NCBI GenBank assembly: GCA_050230475.1
Contig: JBFLGF010000035.1
Span: 62,001-107,490 of the forward strand
Length of the DNA stretch: 45,490 nt
Direction of reading: 5' to 3'
From: Ancylonema sp.
Lineage: Eukaryota
Below the pieces are notes generated by a model that did no database searches, had not been told where the DNA came from, and was given only the letters and a program-made list of their open reading frames with translations. Positions 33,990 through 45,490 of the stretch are shown in pieces. The position numbers and the translations under genes were made by a program. Each line of letters starts with the position of its first letter. Position 1 is the stretch's first letter.

Positions 33990-35118
33990 GTAATTCTCTC
34001 ATGTTCTTCATCGGCTCTGATCTCCATAGACTCTGATAAACATCCGCATTGTTCGGGCAGTTTCGCGCTAATTTTCACACGTGCCCATGGCATGTAATTT
34101 AATTCACGCGTGTCCAGTCTAATCGAGTACAATCCAGTTCTCACCCTATCCATCCCAAACACCCAGTCGAAAAAGACAGGCCAAATCACCGATTTGGCGG
34201 TAGACTGGCCAGACTCGTGTCCGGATTGGAGACCGGGCCCCGTACGTGACGACAACCGACTTTTTGTCGATAAGGACGACAAATCATGTCACAACTCAAA
34301 TCATGATCACGTCACGGCCTGCGAAGTCACTATAAATTCTGCGCGTCGCGCGATTTTCCTAGATCATTGGTAATATTCTGTCGGCCTGAACACTGGGTTA
34401 AGTTCTGTACCATCCGTACCCACATTGACCCCAAAGTACTAATCGCTTCCAGCTTCCATTCGATCGATGACATAACCGCCGTCCGATGTACCATGTGCAC
34501 CTTCTCCATCCTGCAAATCGTCTCAGCACATGGTCGGTAGATCTGCCTTCAAACCCAATCTCATCAATGCTTACCGTATCTCGACATAATGATTCGTCCA
34601 CATCGCACCTGTCTTGTCCTTGAAAACAGCCTAGCCAATTTCGTCCAATTTCATCTCACGGATACTGAACCTAACTGACAAATCTGCTTCTATCGACGGC
34701 AGCCAAAACTCTTTCTTCCTGAACGATAGACTGTAGTTATCCTCAACGACGCACACCAGCAATCAAGCAGAAGTTTTGCACCTCTGTCTATCGAGGGAAG
34801 CCTACATATACTCAGCTTGAGGTGAGCATCTCTCAACTGATTCTCTAGTGTTTTCGTTTGTGTCGGTGTTGAAATCTCACTTTCAGTGCGTTTCTGCCAT
34901 GTGTGCTTCGTCAATGCCTTGAAGTCGCGACTCTATCAATCTGTATCAACGAAAGCCCCGCGTTGCATTGTTACTCCTGCATTGTTGCTTTGTTACGCAT
35001 CATTATCGCTGCCCGAGTGTCTCTGAAGAATTGGGTGTTTCGTGGATAGAACCATCGTTTCGTCACAAGTTTTCATTTCCCCTCTTTCAGGATCTTCTAT
35101 CATCTGGAGGGAATCACC

Positions 35119-38100
35119 ATGGGGCTCGAAGAAGAAGTGAACGACGGTACGTGGCTCGCCTAGCCTCTATTGACTGATTGGTTCCAGAAGGCTACTGAAG
35201 ACAAAGATCCAAAATCGAATTTTTGCCCTGCGCTCGTGTCCAATTGAAGAAAAGATTAACACCGTGTGATCGACCAACAACAAGAAATACACGCGGGACA
35301 TCTGATGATTTGATTTTTCCTTTCGCGACCTGATTGTTTCTTTCGTTCCGTGTGGCCAGAACCGTCATTTCTTCATTCACATCTCTCAATACCTCAGCGC
35401 GTCAGCCTTTCTATCATCACGATGCTAGAGACCTGTTCTCCTCCACTCTACTCATTTTCCGGTTCTTGTCAATGTAATTGGTTGTCAGGCCATCAGAAAG
35501 ATGTATCGATGGAGATCGAGAAGGGAGGCTCCGTTCACGGTCTCGCTCAAGGTATGCCCAACCAGGACGTGTCGCCACCAGCCACTCCGTTTCTTTGGCA
35601 CAACCGAGCATGGCCCTGACTCGTACACATGCCAACCTTATTTGCGTCGATGAAACTACGTATAGAATGAAGCCCTGTCATCCGGCTGCCTTCTTCCTTT
35701 CACTCAGATTGATTTGATTCTGCACTGAATGCCCCGCAACTGCCTCCAACCCCCCACCCGCTTACCCCTCGCAGATAATCCTTGGGAGGTGAGATTCCAG
35801 CTGGCGGCTGCTGTGGACAATGCCTTTGTGCTGGGCTACCCTCTATTCATCATGGACTTCCTGGGATGGGTGGGCGGTTCTATTTGCCTCATCGGAGGCT
35901 TCTTTCTCTCCTACTACGCCAACGTCCTTCTTGCCAGCCTGGCTGTCATCAACGGGAAGCGGTATTACCGATTCCGTGACATTACAGCCAGCCAATGGGG
36001 TGCGTTCTCCTCTCCCCCTGATCTCTTGTGACTTCGGAAGCCTTGGCTGTGTTATTGTAGATCGTTTATAACGGCCAGTAATTACACTGTGAAGTTGTAT
36101 GTGTAGGTTGAAGAGGATTGAAAAGTACTGATTTCGATAACGAGTCTCTGCACCACTAGCTCAGTGATGAGTGGCGGATGGAGGAGGCACTCATCACAAC
36201 TTTGTGATGAATAGATTATATCGTACTCCTACACCAGTCGAGATATGGCCTGAGTGGCACCTTGCATGTGTGCAGTCCGGCCTCGGTTGGTGTCTGAATA
36301 AGTGACACAATTTTTCCGGTTTCCCTGTCTACCGTTTACAACGAACATGTTATGGAATACTTACGAAAAGCTGCGCCGGCGTCCTCGTGTCTGTCTCGCA
36401 ATGTTGCATCTCAACGGACTAATACCGAAATTCCACTGACGAATCCAATGTTGTTTTCTCCTGCCTTTTCCCTCCGGTGTCTTCGGGTGGTGGCTCACCG
36501 TCAGCATGCAGTGGCTGAACGTCATCGCCGGAAACATTGGACTCGCGATTCTCTCAGGACAGGCCCTGAAGGTCGATACTCTAGCGGATATGTTTAACAC
36601 CATCAGTGTTAAAAATCAGAATAAGACGTGTATCTCCCTCCACCTCTCAGTGGGAATGGAAACTGCAGAAGAGGGATGATCTTTGTCAGACGACAACAAC
36701 ACCTGTGCACCTCTGCACATGCGTGTAGATCACTATTCATTAACATGCAAGAAACAACCAGCAGCTGTCCCACACAAGCATGCCCTGTGGGTGGTCAATA
36801 TTTTTGAGAGCAGACACAAAATTAAGTTATTCCGAAACCAAAGGTGAGACAGTCACAGTCCTCCACCCAGGTATCTCAACCCCCCCCCCCCCCCCCTTCC
36901 CCTTCAGGGCATACACACGCAGTACAGCGACAGCAAGGACATCAAGCTCCCCGAGTGGATCTGCATCACTGGCGGCTGGCTGCTCGTCCAGGCCCTGGTG
37001 GTGCCGGACCTGCACTACTTGCGCCAGATGTCCATTTTCGCAGCCGTCTGCTCCGTGGTGTTCTGCGTCATCTGCACCGGAATCGCCGCCAAAGATGGTG
37101 AGTGGGCAGGGGACAGGTGGCAGGACAGGTGGCAGCATTCGGATGCTGACGTGGCAGCGCGTGGTTGCAGGCGCCAACAACCCTCCGGGTTCGGTTTTGT
37201 ACAACACCGGGTTGGGGGAGGACACCCCCACCAAGATCTTCAACATCATGGGGGCCCTCTCCACCATCGCCTTCGCATACAGCACCGTCATCATCCCCGA
37301 GATTCAGGTGAAAGCAACAGACACTCATTCTCCCCCTCTCCGTTTGGGTGGCATGCCCCAATGGCCCACCACTTTCTGTACATGTAGCACCTGGACCTGA
37401 ACCTGGACCTGTTTCAGGCTACCCTGCGCGAGCCTGTGGTGAAGAACTTTGTGACTAAGTCGCTGCTGGTGACCTATGGTGCTGGAGCCCCCTTTTTCAT
37501 TGTCATGACCTACGTCGGATTCTGGGCCTATGGGAGCGGAGTGGCTCCCAACCTCATCGACAACCTCAGCGGTACAGCACCCCACCCTCCCCTTCTTGGC
37601 AGAGTCGGATACCAACACACTGCCGCCGCCACAAGGGCTTCCTTTTGAAGGACCTGTTTGTTGACACACACGAGTGCCTTCACTTGCGGAGAAATGTGCA
37701 TCCCCCATCCGGACTGCTTGTACCCCCACCAACACCACTGTCACACGTGTATCCCTCTTCTTACTGGCTGCTGGAAGTCTCAACCTCGACTGGCCTTAAC
37801 CTCCCCCCCCCCCTCTCCCCTAACCATGCAGGCCCCACTTGGGCGATCACGCTGGCTTGGGTCGCTGTTTTCGTCCAGTCCGTCATCTCCCTTCAGATCT
37901 ACTCGGCCCCTATATACGAAACTTTCGACACCGCGTTTTACGGCCCCGGAGGCAATTGGGCGGTCAGAAACGTTTTGGTCCGCGTTGGGTACCGCGTGCC
38001 GTACGTTGTCATCACGTGCTTCTTTGCCGCCCTGCTGCCCTTTTTCGGGGACTTCATTGTGTTGATTGGGGCGATGAGCGTGCTGCCGCTCAACTTTGTC

Positions 38101-38504
38101 GTCACCTTCATTCTCTACGCACAGGTATGCGTGAAGGGAGCGGACGGACAGCCTTTCTTTCATGTTTTCTGTTTTCGCAGTCACGAAGAGTATTCATTGA
38201 TTTGCAATAGATGTAATGGCCACTATCGTCACAACATCCTTGTGTGGTAACGAGTGTAGAATGTTGTATTGTGTGCAGAGCACAAGATCTGAAATTCAGG
38301 GTGGTGGATAATGTTTGCTCACGTTTCTTATTCGTTTGGGACTTTCGATTGCCGCAGGTGAACAAGCATCTGAGCTCGATGTACAAGGGGTTTCTTTACG
38401 GCATGGCCGTCATTTTCTCTATTATAACCCTGGTTACCTCAGTTGCTGCGTTGCGATACATCACTGTAGACTCCATCAACTACAGTGTGTTTGCGGACAA
38501 CTAG
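35119..38504 (+). CDS. ProT: Proline/compatible-solute transporter-like AAAP permease; exons 35119-35146, 35489-35551, 35773-35999 (acceptor before 35775), 36477-36571, 36908-37097, 37171-37307, 37418-37571, 37832-38124, 38358-38504
   Basis: NAFVLGYP..M..LGW, GKRYYRFRD, AILSGQALK, PEIQATLREPVVKN, GFWAYGS, APIYETFDT, ALLPFFGDF and C-terminal YSVFAD match the plant ProT pattern. The acceptor before 36477 reads CG rather than AG. Confidence 0.9.
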
Positions 38505-39265
38505 GGAGAGGGAGAGCATTAGAGCAATGAGGGGAGGGGGAAACGTAGTCGGATCATGCAAAATGCTCCTCCTCACCTACGAACCGATGCACACTCGAGG
38601 ATTGCGAGACATGAGTTGTTGTACGAAGTCATATTATTGCTGTTCACGGTTCACATAGTTGCAAATGCACTAGTGTTTTGTTAAGACCTCATAATTTGTC
38701 AGGTAGTCTCTACCAAAGATAACTCTAATATTAGTTATAAGTTATAATAGTCTGTTCTACACAGTACAATACACCCCTCACAAGTGATAGCTTCGCTATA
38801 ACATCGAACACACACAGGTGTATTGAACAAGCCAAAGCGAGGGAGATCCTTTGATAACATTGATAACATCGCGAGGGAGATTTGTTGATAACATTATTTA
38901 TTCACTATATAACCCACTTTGCCCCGATTTGGATCATTTTGATTGCGGAGCCACACACGCTACACATGCTACACAAGCATGCAAACAAAGCCAGTGTGTG
39001 TGAGTGCAACAATATTTGTTATTGCTATAAAGTTCATATGTTTTGGTGCGTGTCTCATGGGTAATGAATGTAAGCTGGTTCCTTGAGCTTTGTCATTAGT
39101 TCCTGCGCGAGCTATGACAATTCAAGTCGATGTGTCGCGAGGTCAGTGAGTGGATTTTTTAGGAATAGTCGTGAAGACAAGATTGTCACTAGTCAAGCAT
39201 GAATGGAAGTCACAGTTGAGCAACTTCTTTAATAATAGTCGATTAGATTAGAGCTTACAATGAGT

Positions 39266-39851
39266 TGTCGGGCTATCTAGCATCGTCTACAAACACACAT
39301 GTAAAGCACCGCTACATCCGATACACCCGCACGTGCCATCGCACTAACTAACACATCACTCGTGTCTACCACACATGTGGACACACCTGCCACCACACTC
39401 CGCCTCACACGTGCGAACCCACACGTGTGGTACATTGCACTACACACGTGCGAACCCATGCCATGTGTGCAACTACTATCACACTCATTTTCACATCTAC
39501 ATTATACAACAAATGCATTTGAACAACTCGAACATAACTACATCGTCATAGGTAAAATGATTCCGACTATGAGTGCAAATTGGCCCAAGGCAAGGTGATT
39601 GCTTGGGTCTCTATATTGGAGTGTACGAGACTATGATGTGGGTATAACTCCGACTCACTTAGGAAACTCGATCTATAACTGAATTCGACAATTAGCAAGG
39701 CAATCAACGCGTAGTCACTATACTAAAAGCAACGCCATCCACGATGCGGATAACACGATGACAATGCACAGTGTATGCAAAGATAACGTTTAGACACCAC
39801 CAGGGCTCACTTTGACACAATATGCGTCAAAGTGTTACAGAGTGAGTGTAA
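39266..39851 (-). mobile_element. Solo LTR S5, left part, interrupted at TAA by a Harbinger element
   Basis: Starts TGTCGGGCTATCTAGCATCG. Has the CACGTG cluster and CCCAAGGCAAGG box, and a TGCACA.TGTATGCAA block shared with S2. Confidence 0.8.
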
Positions 39852-41900
39852 GAGCATGGATAAGGGCTCTTCACTTTTCTCTCCACTTCGGCTCGATACT
39901 CGCACGTTATCGCTCGTTCTCGGACCGAAGTGGAGAGGGCACCCCTCTAAGACTTTGACTATCTCAAAGTGGAGGGCCTCCAAAAACGTCGTACCTTAGG
40001 ACCTCTCCATTTCGATTCGTTCATACCCCCGTCGTCATTCTTTCGTACCCATCGGTCGGACACGTCTGCCAACTCGCTCTCGAACTCCGAATTCGCCTCT
40101 GTTTGAGCTCACGATGCTGCCAGTATTGCCACCGCTCGCACCAAATGCGGCGGTTTAGGTAGGTGATCTTGGCCAAATCCGCACTCCCCGCCATGGTATT
40201 TGCGATAGCGAAGCAAACGTTAGAAACAATTGTGATGCAAGAGCGAGATGATAATGGGGAGGCAGAGCATTTGAAGAGGGCCACATCTGACAAAGCAACT
40301 AGTGCGATTTTGTATGCCGCATACCGAAAATCTCACTTTAATTTGCTCAGGCTTAGGCGTAAGAAACTAAAATTGCGAAACCAGTTAGAAACAGGCGGTC
40401 GACAAAGTAGAAAGCCCTCATGTCATCACGTTTACCACAAGCACATTATCGAAGATTTTTTCGGGACCCCCGCATTTAGTGCGGACGGCGTCGTGCACGA
40501 AGCCGTAGGACCTTTCTTTTCCAAAATTCCAGAGGCGCTTTCGTATGAGTCTGTCGATGTTTGAGAAGCTCTACCACGACATCATCGATCCAATCACCGG
40601 ATCTCCGGATTTTTAAAAAGGCCCGGACGTTGCGGGTAATGTAGGTGCATTTGCCTGGCAAAAACTGGTTAGTGTTATGCGTAAGTTGGCCTACAGAAGC
40701 ACCATTGATCTTGCTCAAGAGTACACCGGTGTACAAGAGAACAAGAGGAGGCTAATTTTGTACGTTGTTTGTGATTGGCTTGATGTTTTTTACGGGCCAA
40801 CAAATTTGAGTGCGTGGACAGAAGAGACAGTGAAAAAAGAGATGGACAAGAATGCGAAAAGGGGATTCAAAGGGATGGTGGATAGCATAGATTGTACCCG
40901 CAGGGGTCGGAAGAAGTTCCCCATGCCTTGGGCTGAACTATTTCACGATAGGATTTGTATTCGATCTGTCATTGCGAGGCGGTAGCGGGTCACGACGTAT
41001 ACTTTTGGCACTGTTGTTTGGGCTTCCCTCGATCGCTCAATGACATCCAAGTCATGGGGCGATCCACTATAACCTTGGCCTACCTAGAGTCTCCCGTAAC
41101 CTCCGTTAAGTACACTATCAGAGACACCGAGTTCGAAGGCGCCTTCTTCTTAGCGGATGGTATACATCCCAACTACGCTTTTCACATGAAAACTATATCC
41201 GAACTAGCATCCGCTAGAGAGAAGATTTTTGCTAAGTGCCAGGAGGGGTGCACAAAGGATGTGGAGAGAGCCTTTGGTAGGCTAGGCTACTATCCAAGTG
41301 ACATATTTTGGACTGTGTTGCCAGATCTTGATTTCTCCCCAACGTTAAGAAAGTGTGGAGGGCATGTTTTCTCTTACACAACATGACCCTTAGGGCTAAC
41401 TAGGAGAACGGATATGATAGTGACAGAGCAGCTGCTAGAGACAAGGAATTGAGGAAAGAGCACGCTAGAGTGAGAGCTTTGAGAAGGTCTAGGGATGGTG
41501 GGAGAGAAGAAGAGGGTGGAGGAGTTGAGGGTGACGCAACGACCATGCCTACATGGGAAGGTAGAGAGGCAAGTAGTGCGATGACTCCCAGAAGGAGGGA
41601 GCTACTAAGACAGTGAAGGTTGAGAAGGTCAAAACGGGGGGGTGCACGTGGGGTGGCTCGCGGGGAAGGAGGGGGTACAAAAGTTGTAGACCAAAGGCCA
41701 AGTGTTGCTGAAAGATGTGATTTGGGTGATGATTCACATGATACTCATGGTGAGAGAGTGGACATGAGGGTACACGTAGACGACTTGGAAATGATGCTGA
41801 AAGCTCTTACTCATATCCAATGTCAAGAACCAAACATGCTACTGAATTAGAATACCATCGAGAATTTATGGTTGAAGGAAGGATCGGAGGTCCAAGATTG
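39852..41900 (+). mobile_element. Degenerate PIF/Harbinger transposon: left end and transposase region
   Basis: Starts GAGCATGGATAAGGGCTC after TAA and contains transposase fragments. Right limit approximate. Confidence 0.85.
40163..41872 (+). pseudogene. Frameshifted PIF/Harbinger DDE transposase
   Basis: RKLAY..DLAQEY, RGFKGMVDSIDC, EAVAGHDVYFWH..GFPRSLNDI, FFLADGIHP, FAKCQEGCTKDVERAFG and a possible terminal IENLW match plant Harbinger transposase motifs. Confidence 0.9.
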
Positions 41901-42631
41901 AATGTTTGTGTTAAAATATTCCTTGTAAATGTTAAGACTTGCACACTGTTTTGAGTGGCCTAGCGATCGTGCATGTGCATGAGAATTTACGTAGTCGTTT
42001 GATGTAGCTTTCGTTCTAGCACTATTTGTCATAAATTAGCATAAGAATCATGTATTTGTGTGTTCAGGCGATCGTGCATATATCTGTGAGTATTTAGGCT
42101 GTGATAGCGGGTTGTTATTTTTTACCACAGTAGTGACTGGGTTTGGAACACACTTGGAACCCCGTACTCGGTACGACAAGATATGATTAGAGTATTGGCA
42201 ATGGAGCCCAAGCAGTGGTATGCTTGATTACATGCGGATACGAAGTTGATGTGGCCACGCACAATGTGATTTGTGATTTGTAGGCCACGCACAATGGTAA
42301 AGTTCTAAGCACATTCCGACAACCAAAGAATAGGATTCGATTACAATCGTGCATTTTCAATAGTATGGATGGTGTACCCATCAAATATAGTGGACCTAGT
42401 GTGAAAGGAAACAAATCACGTGGCCAACAACGTGAGCGATGTCTGCAATGGTGAAGAAGAATGGTAAATTTAAAGGCTCTAGAAAAATGGGGCACACCTT
42501 CACGCTCAAAGATGACAGTTGGTGGTCCAGATTTCAAATTTAGTATTTTCTTGCAAGCTTGGTCTTGCCATGTAATTCAATCAAAGCCTACCGTTATCGC
42601 AAACTTAGAAAGAAAACGAAAGACATCAATT

Positions 42632-42942
42632 TGTCGGCCCATATATGATCGTGTGCCTATATGGCGGATTGCGCTGCCGGTTGCAAACAAGAATTAGTGC
42701 GGGAGGTAGTAGCGCAAGTAGTTTCGCGTTATAGCGGTGTGGATGTTGGCGCGCTAGTATCGTAGAGTTGATGTACGGTACGTAGTGTGACCCTAGCGGC
42801 AGGGTCAAAAGCAGTGAAACCGTGCTGCCATAGTTGGCGGAAAATATCGCATGTAGACGTAACTAGCGTACGTTCGGAACTTATGGTTTGCACTATACGA
42901 CAATCTAGTGACGTTCGGTCACTGCAGCTGTGCAGGACCTTA
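42632..42942 (+). mobile_element. LTR fragment S6 (missing part of an S5-type LTR, inverted)
   Basis: Starts TGTCGGCCCATATATGATCGTGTGCCTATAT, the reverse complement of the family right end, and stops at TTA. Confidence 0.75.
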
Positions 42943-43460
42943 GAGCGTGCATTAGGGCTCTCCACTTTGCTCTCCGCTTCGGAAAGATTCCGTTTTTCGC
43001 CAAAAAGTTAAATTTGCATCCCTTAGGACCTCTCCATTTTCCGTATACAACGAAAAGTGAAGTGTTCATAGTGGTGGCTCTCAACTTTGAGCCCTCAAAG
43101 TGGAGAGGCACCACTTTGAAATGACTCATCGAGACCCACTTAGAACCCTTGCGGTGCGTTCCTCTCGCGTAGGAAATGATTGCTTTTCGCCTACGCAATC
43201 GCGAAGTATGTCGCGCCAAACGGAAAACGAACAGTCGTCTTTGTCTTCAGCTGCTGCGGCTGTGTGTACTGCACCATGTCCTTGCGATCTCGTTATTTTC
43301 CGCCATCCGCGAATAGTTGTGTGGGGGAGCGTGGTTCCTTCCATTGGGTCACCGGAGAGACTGTCTTCCTTTGCAAGCGCAACTTTCCACAAATGATGAT
43401 GGAAATATGTGACACGCTCGTATTGTACCACTTTCACTTCGTTTCGAACCCAAAAACTTA
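42943..43460. mobile_element. Second Harbinger terminus, same orientation as 39852
   Basis: GAGCGTGCATTAGGGCTCTCCACTTTGCTCTCCGCTTCGG versus GAGCATGGATAAGGGCTCTTCACTTTTCTCTCCACTTCGG. Shared CCTTAGGACCTCTCCATTT and CTCAAAGTGGAG blocks. Right limit uncertain. Confidence 0.75.
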
Positions 43461-44562
43461 ACATTGTGTGTCAAATATTTACTCCAATTGTTTGCCAACC
43501 TATCACATGTCCATGATTGTCCACACCTTATGTGCCTTGGCTTCAAATCCATTCAATTCGTTCCAAATACGGCATGTTTTTGCCTTTTACAAAATGTACA
43601 AAAGCTTCAACTTTGAAATTCAAAGTTTTATTACATTCCACATTTGAATCCGCTTGAAGGGCTCGATTGTGCTACCAAGCTCTAGCAAACGGGGATAAAA
43701 ATAACCCATCAACATCATTGTAGTGCTCTTCTTTGGCACCACCCGACACAACATGACCGAACCTCTCTCCTTTCTATAATCACTGAATTGTCACCACAAT
43801 ACAAATCATCGAATCCGAAACGGAGGAGGGAAAATGGAAGGGCAAAATCATGAGTGAGTCGCTTTTCTGTGCCAATCGTTATCTGGACTCGGCGCTACGA
43901 TGTAGTAAGCGGATCTTCGTGGTCACTCGCCTAGATCCATTAGAGGCTCACTCCCATTGAGCGCCACTGTTTGTGTCAATCGCCCCCACTTTGAGCTGAT
44001 ATAACACCACATACAACACAAAGAGGTCCAAGAGTAAGACCACCATTTTCCAGTATTCATTATCCTAGAAAGGCACAAACCGATACAATGATGTGAACCC
44101 AAATCGAGATGGGTGTATAAAGGTTCATCATCATCAGTTCCACATTTTTTGCGCTAAAATAAACCAAAAACAAAAAAAAAGGTTGTGAATATTTTGTGTG
44201 GCATTTGTGCACAAACATGCCGATTCTGGATGAAGAAAAGTGTGAAAACGCATCATAAAAATCATTGCCACCCTCATGGAGCTCATAATAACCCACCAAA
44301 TTGTGTCTTCTTACTACGGATTCTGCCCATACATACACACATGCATGCACTCCTATGCATATACGCAAGTGCAAGTATCCCGTTGAGGTTGTAGTAGAGT
44401 TGTAAGTATTACGTAATTCCCAATCCGGATGTGAAAATTCCCGTTCATATCACGCATGTACGGTAAGAATTCGTGTGATTACCGCAATTGATTACGTTTT
44501 ACAGAAAATTTTTTTAGCGAGTTACGTTTCCCGCAATGTAATTCGTAATGTAATCTTGTTTT

Positions 44563-44748
44563 TCAGAACCGTGGGTAAAAGTGATTACTTGTTTGATGGG
44601 GTTGTGGAGGCACGTGATTGGTAGACGGGTGTTGTTGCTGTTGTTGTTGGGCATTGTTTTTTCTTTCCAACTGAAGGGAGCGGCAAAGAGCTTCTAGTCG
44701 CTCCTTTTGCGTTCTCAAAACTTCCGCTGCCTTCCTTTCCGCATTCCT
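44563..44748 (-). CDS. Last exon of a taxilin-family coiled-coil protein; the gene continues beyond the window
   Basis: CAG acceptor followed by RNAERK...QKERLEALCRSLQLERK, matching the taxilin C-terminal LE.LCR.LQ.ER motif. Confidence 0.8.
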   Translation of the reverse strand, partial: RNAERKAAEVLRTQKERLEALCRSLQLERKNNAQQQQQQHPSTNHVPPQPHQTSNHFYPRF

Positions 44749-44886
44749 CTGCGCACACACCACCCCGAATGTAAAATAATCGCGACCCCCAACTTGTTTT
44801 CTCTCACTCTTCTTTCACATCGACACGATGGCGATGGTGCTACGTGTGGCTCTCATTTGTACCATGCACGTTTAGAGAGACAAACG

Positions 44887-45135
44887 TATATATAGACATA
44901 CATACACACATACACACATATACACATACACACATACACACATACACACATACACACATACACACACACACACATACACACATACACACATACACACATA
45001 CACACATACACACATACATTATTGCATACATACATATGTACATACAAATATAGGTGCGTACAATCATACATGCATACAAACATTAATACACGCATACATT
45101 CAATCATAGACACTCACATCCATACATACAATCAT
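44887..45135. repeat. Compound (CA/TA)n microsatellite (CATACACA units), intronic
   Basis: Direct inspection. Confidence 0.95.
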
Positions 45136-45490
45136 ATAGACACAATGAAATCATTGTTTGAATTTACACATGCATGTGAATAATCATAAATGCATGTCGA
45201 CCCGAGGAGATGAAAGATGAGGAACACACATGTAGACCGCGGGCAAGCAGCATGTGAGTTTCTCATGAGTGGTGTGAGTGTGATATCCACCATCGTTGAT
45301 GTGACACTCGCATACCACAGCAATCAACAAATGGATGTTATAACTGCACGGTCCAAACTGCATATAGAGTGATGATTATGAGAGCTTGAGTAGCAGCTCC
45401 CCTCCCTAGTACAGTTATTCAATGAGGCGATACTAAAGAATGTGAGTGTGCATACAACGATTGCAATTCATTGATCATGTTCTCATTTTC

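Noticed and set aside
44840..45113. His/Thr- or Cys/Val-rich ORFs
   Set aside because: Translations of a microsatellite.

Overview
Repeat-rich eukaryotic nuclear DNA from a green plant lineage. Intron and codon style would fit a streptophyte alga or bryophyte, but the organism cannot be fixed from sequence. Host genes are a complete 4-exon PsaL (17326-18833 +), mitochondrial PDH E1-beta lacking its first exon (26378-30793 +), a ProT-like amino-acid transporter (35119-38504 +) and the last exon of a taxilin-like gene (-). Most of the rest is transposon-derived: two defective Ty1/copia elements with exact 5-bp TSDs (one carries a nested solo LTR), two MITE copies, and a degenerate PIF/Harbinger element apparently broken by an inversion. 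There is also a diversified LTR family: five solo LTRs (S1-S5, one split into two pieces) and two gag-adjacent LTRs (A, B). That family is the most interesting system. Both gag-adjacent copies lack a tRNA PBS and instead show a covarying 14-nt complementarity to the predicted transcript 5' end (self-priming). All copies keep a hairpin at that start site whose structure is conserved while its sequence is not. Solo and gag-adjacent copies differ systematically in their terminal ~230 bp. Two exact duplications beside N bases (24960-26292) look like assembly artefacts. All alignments were done by eye.
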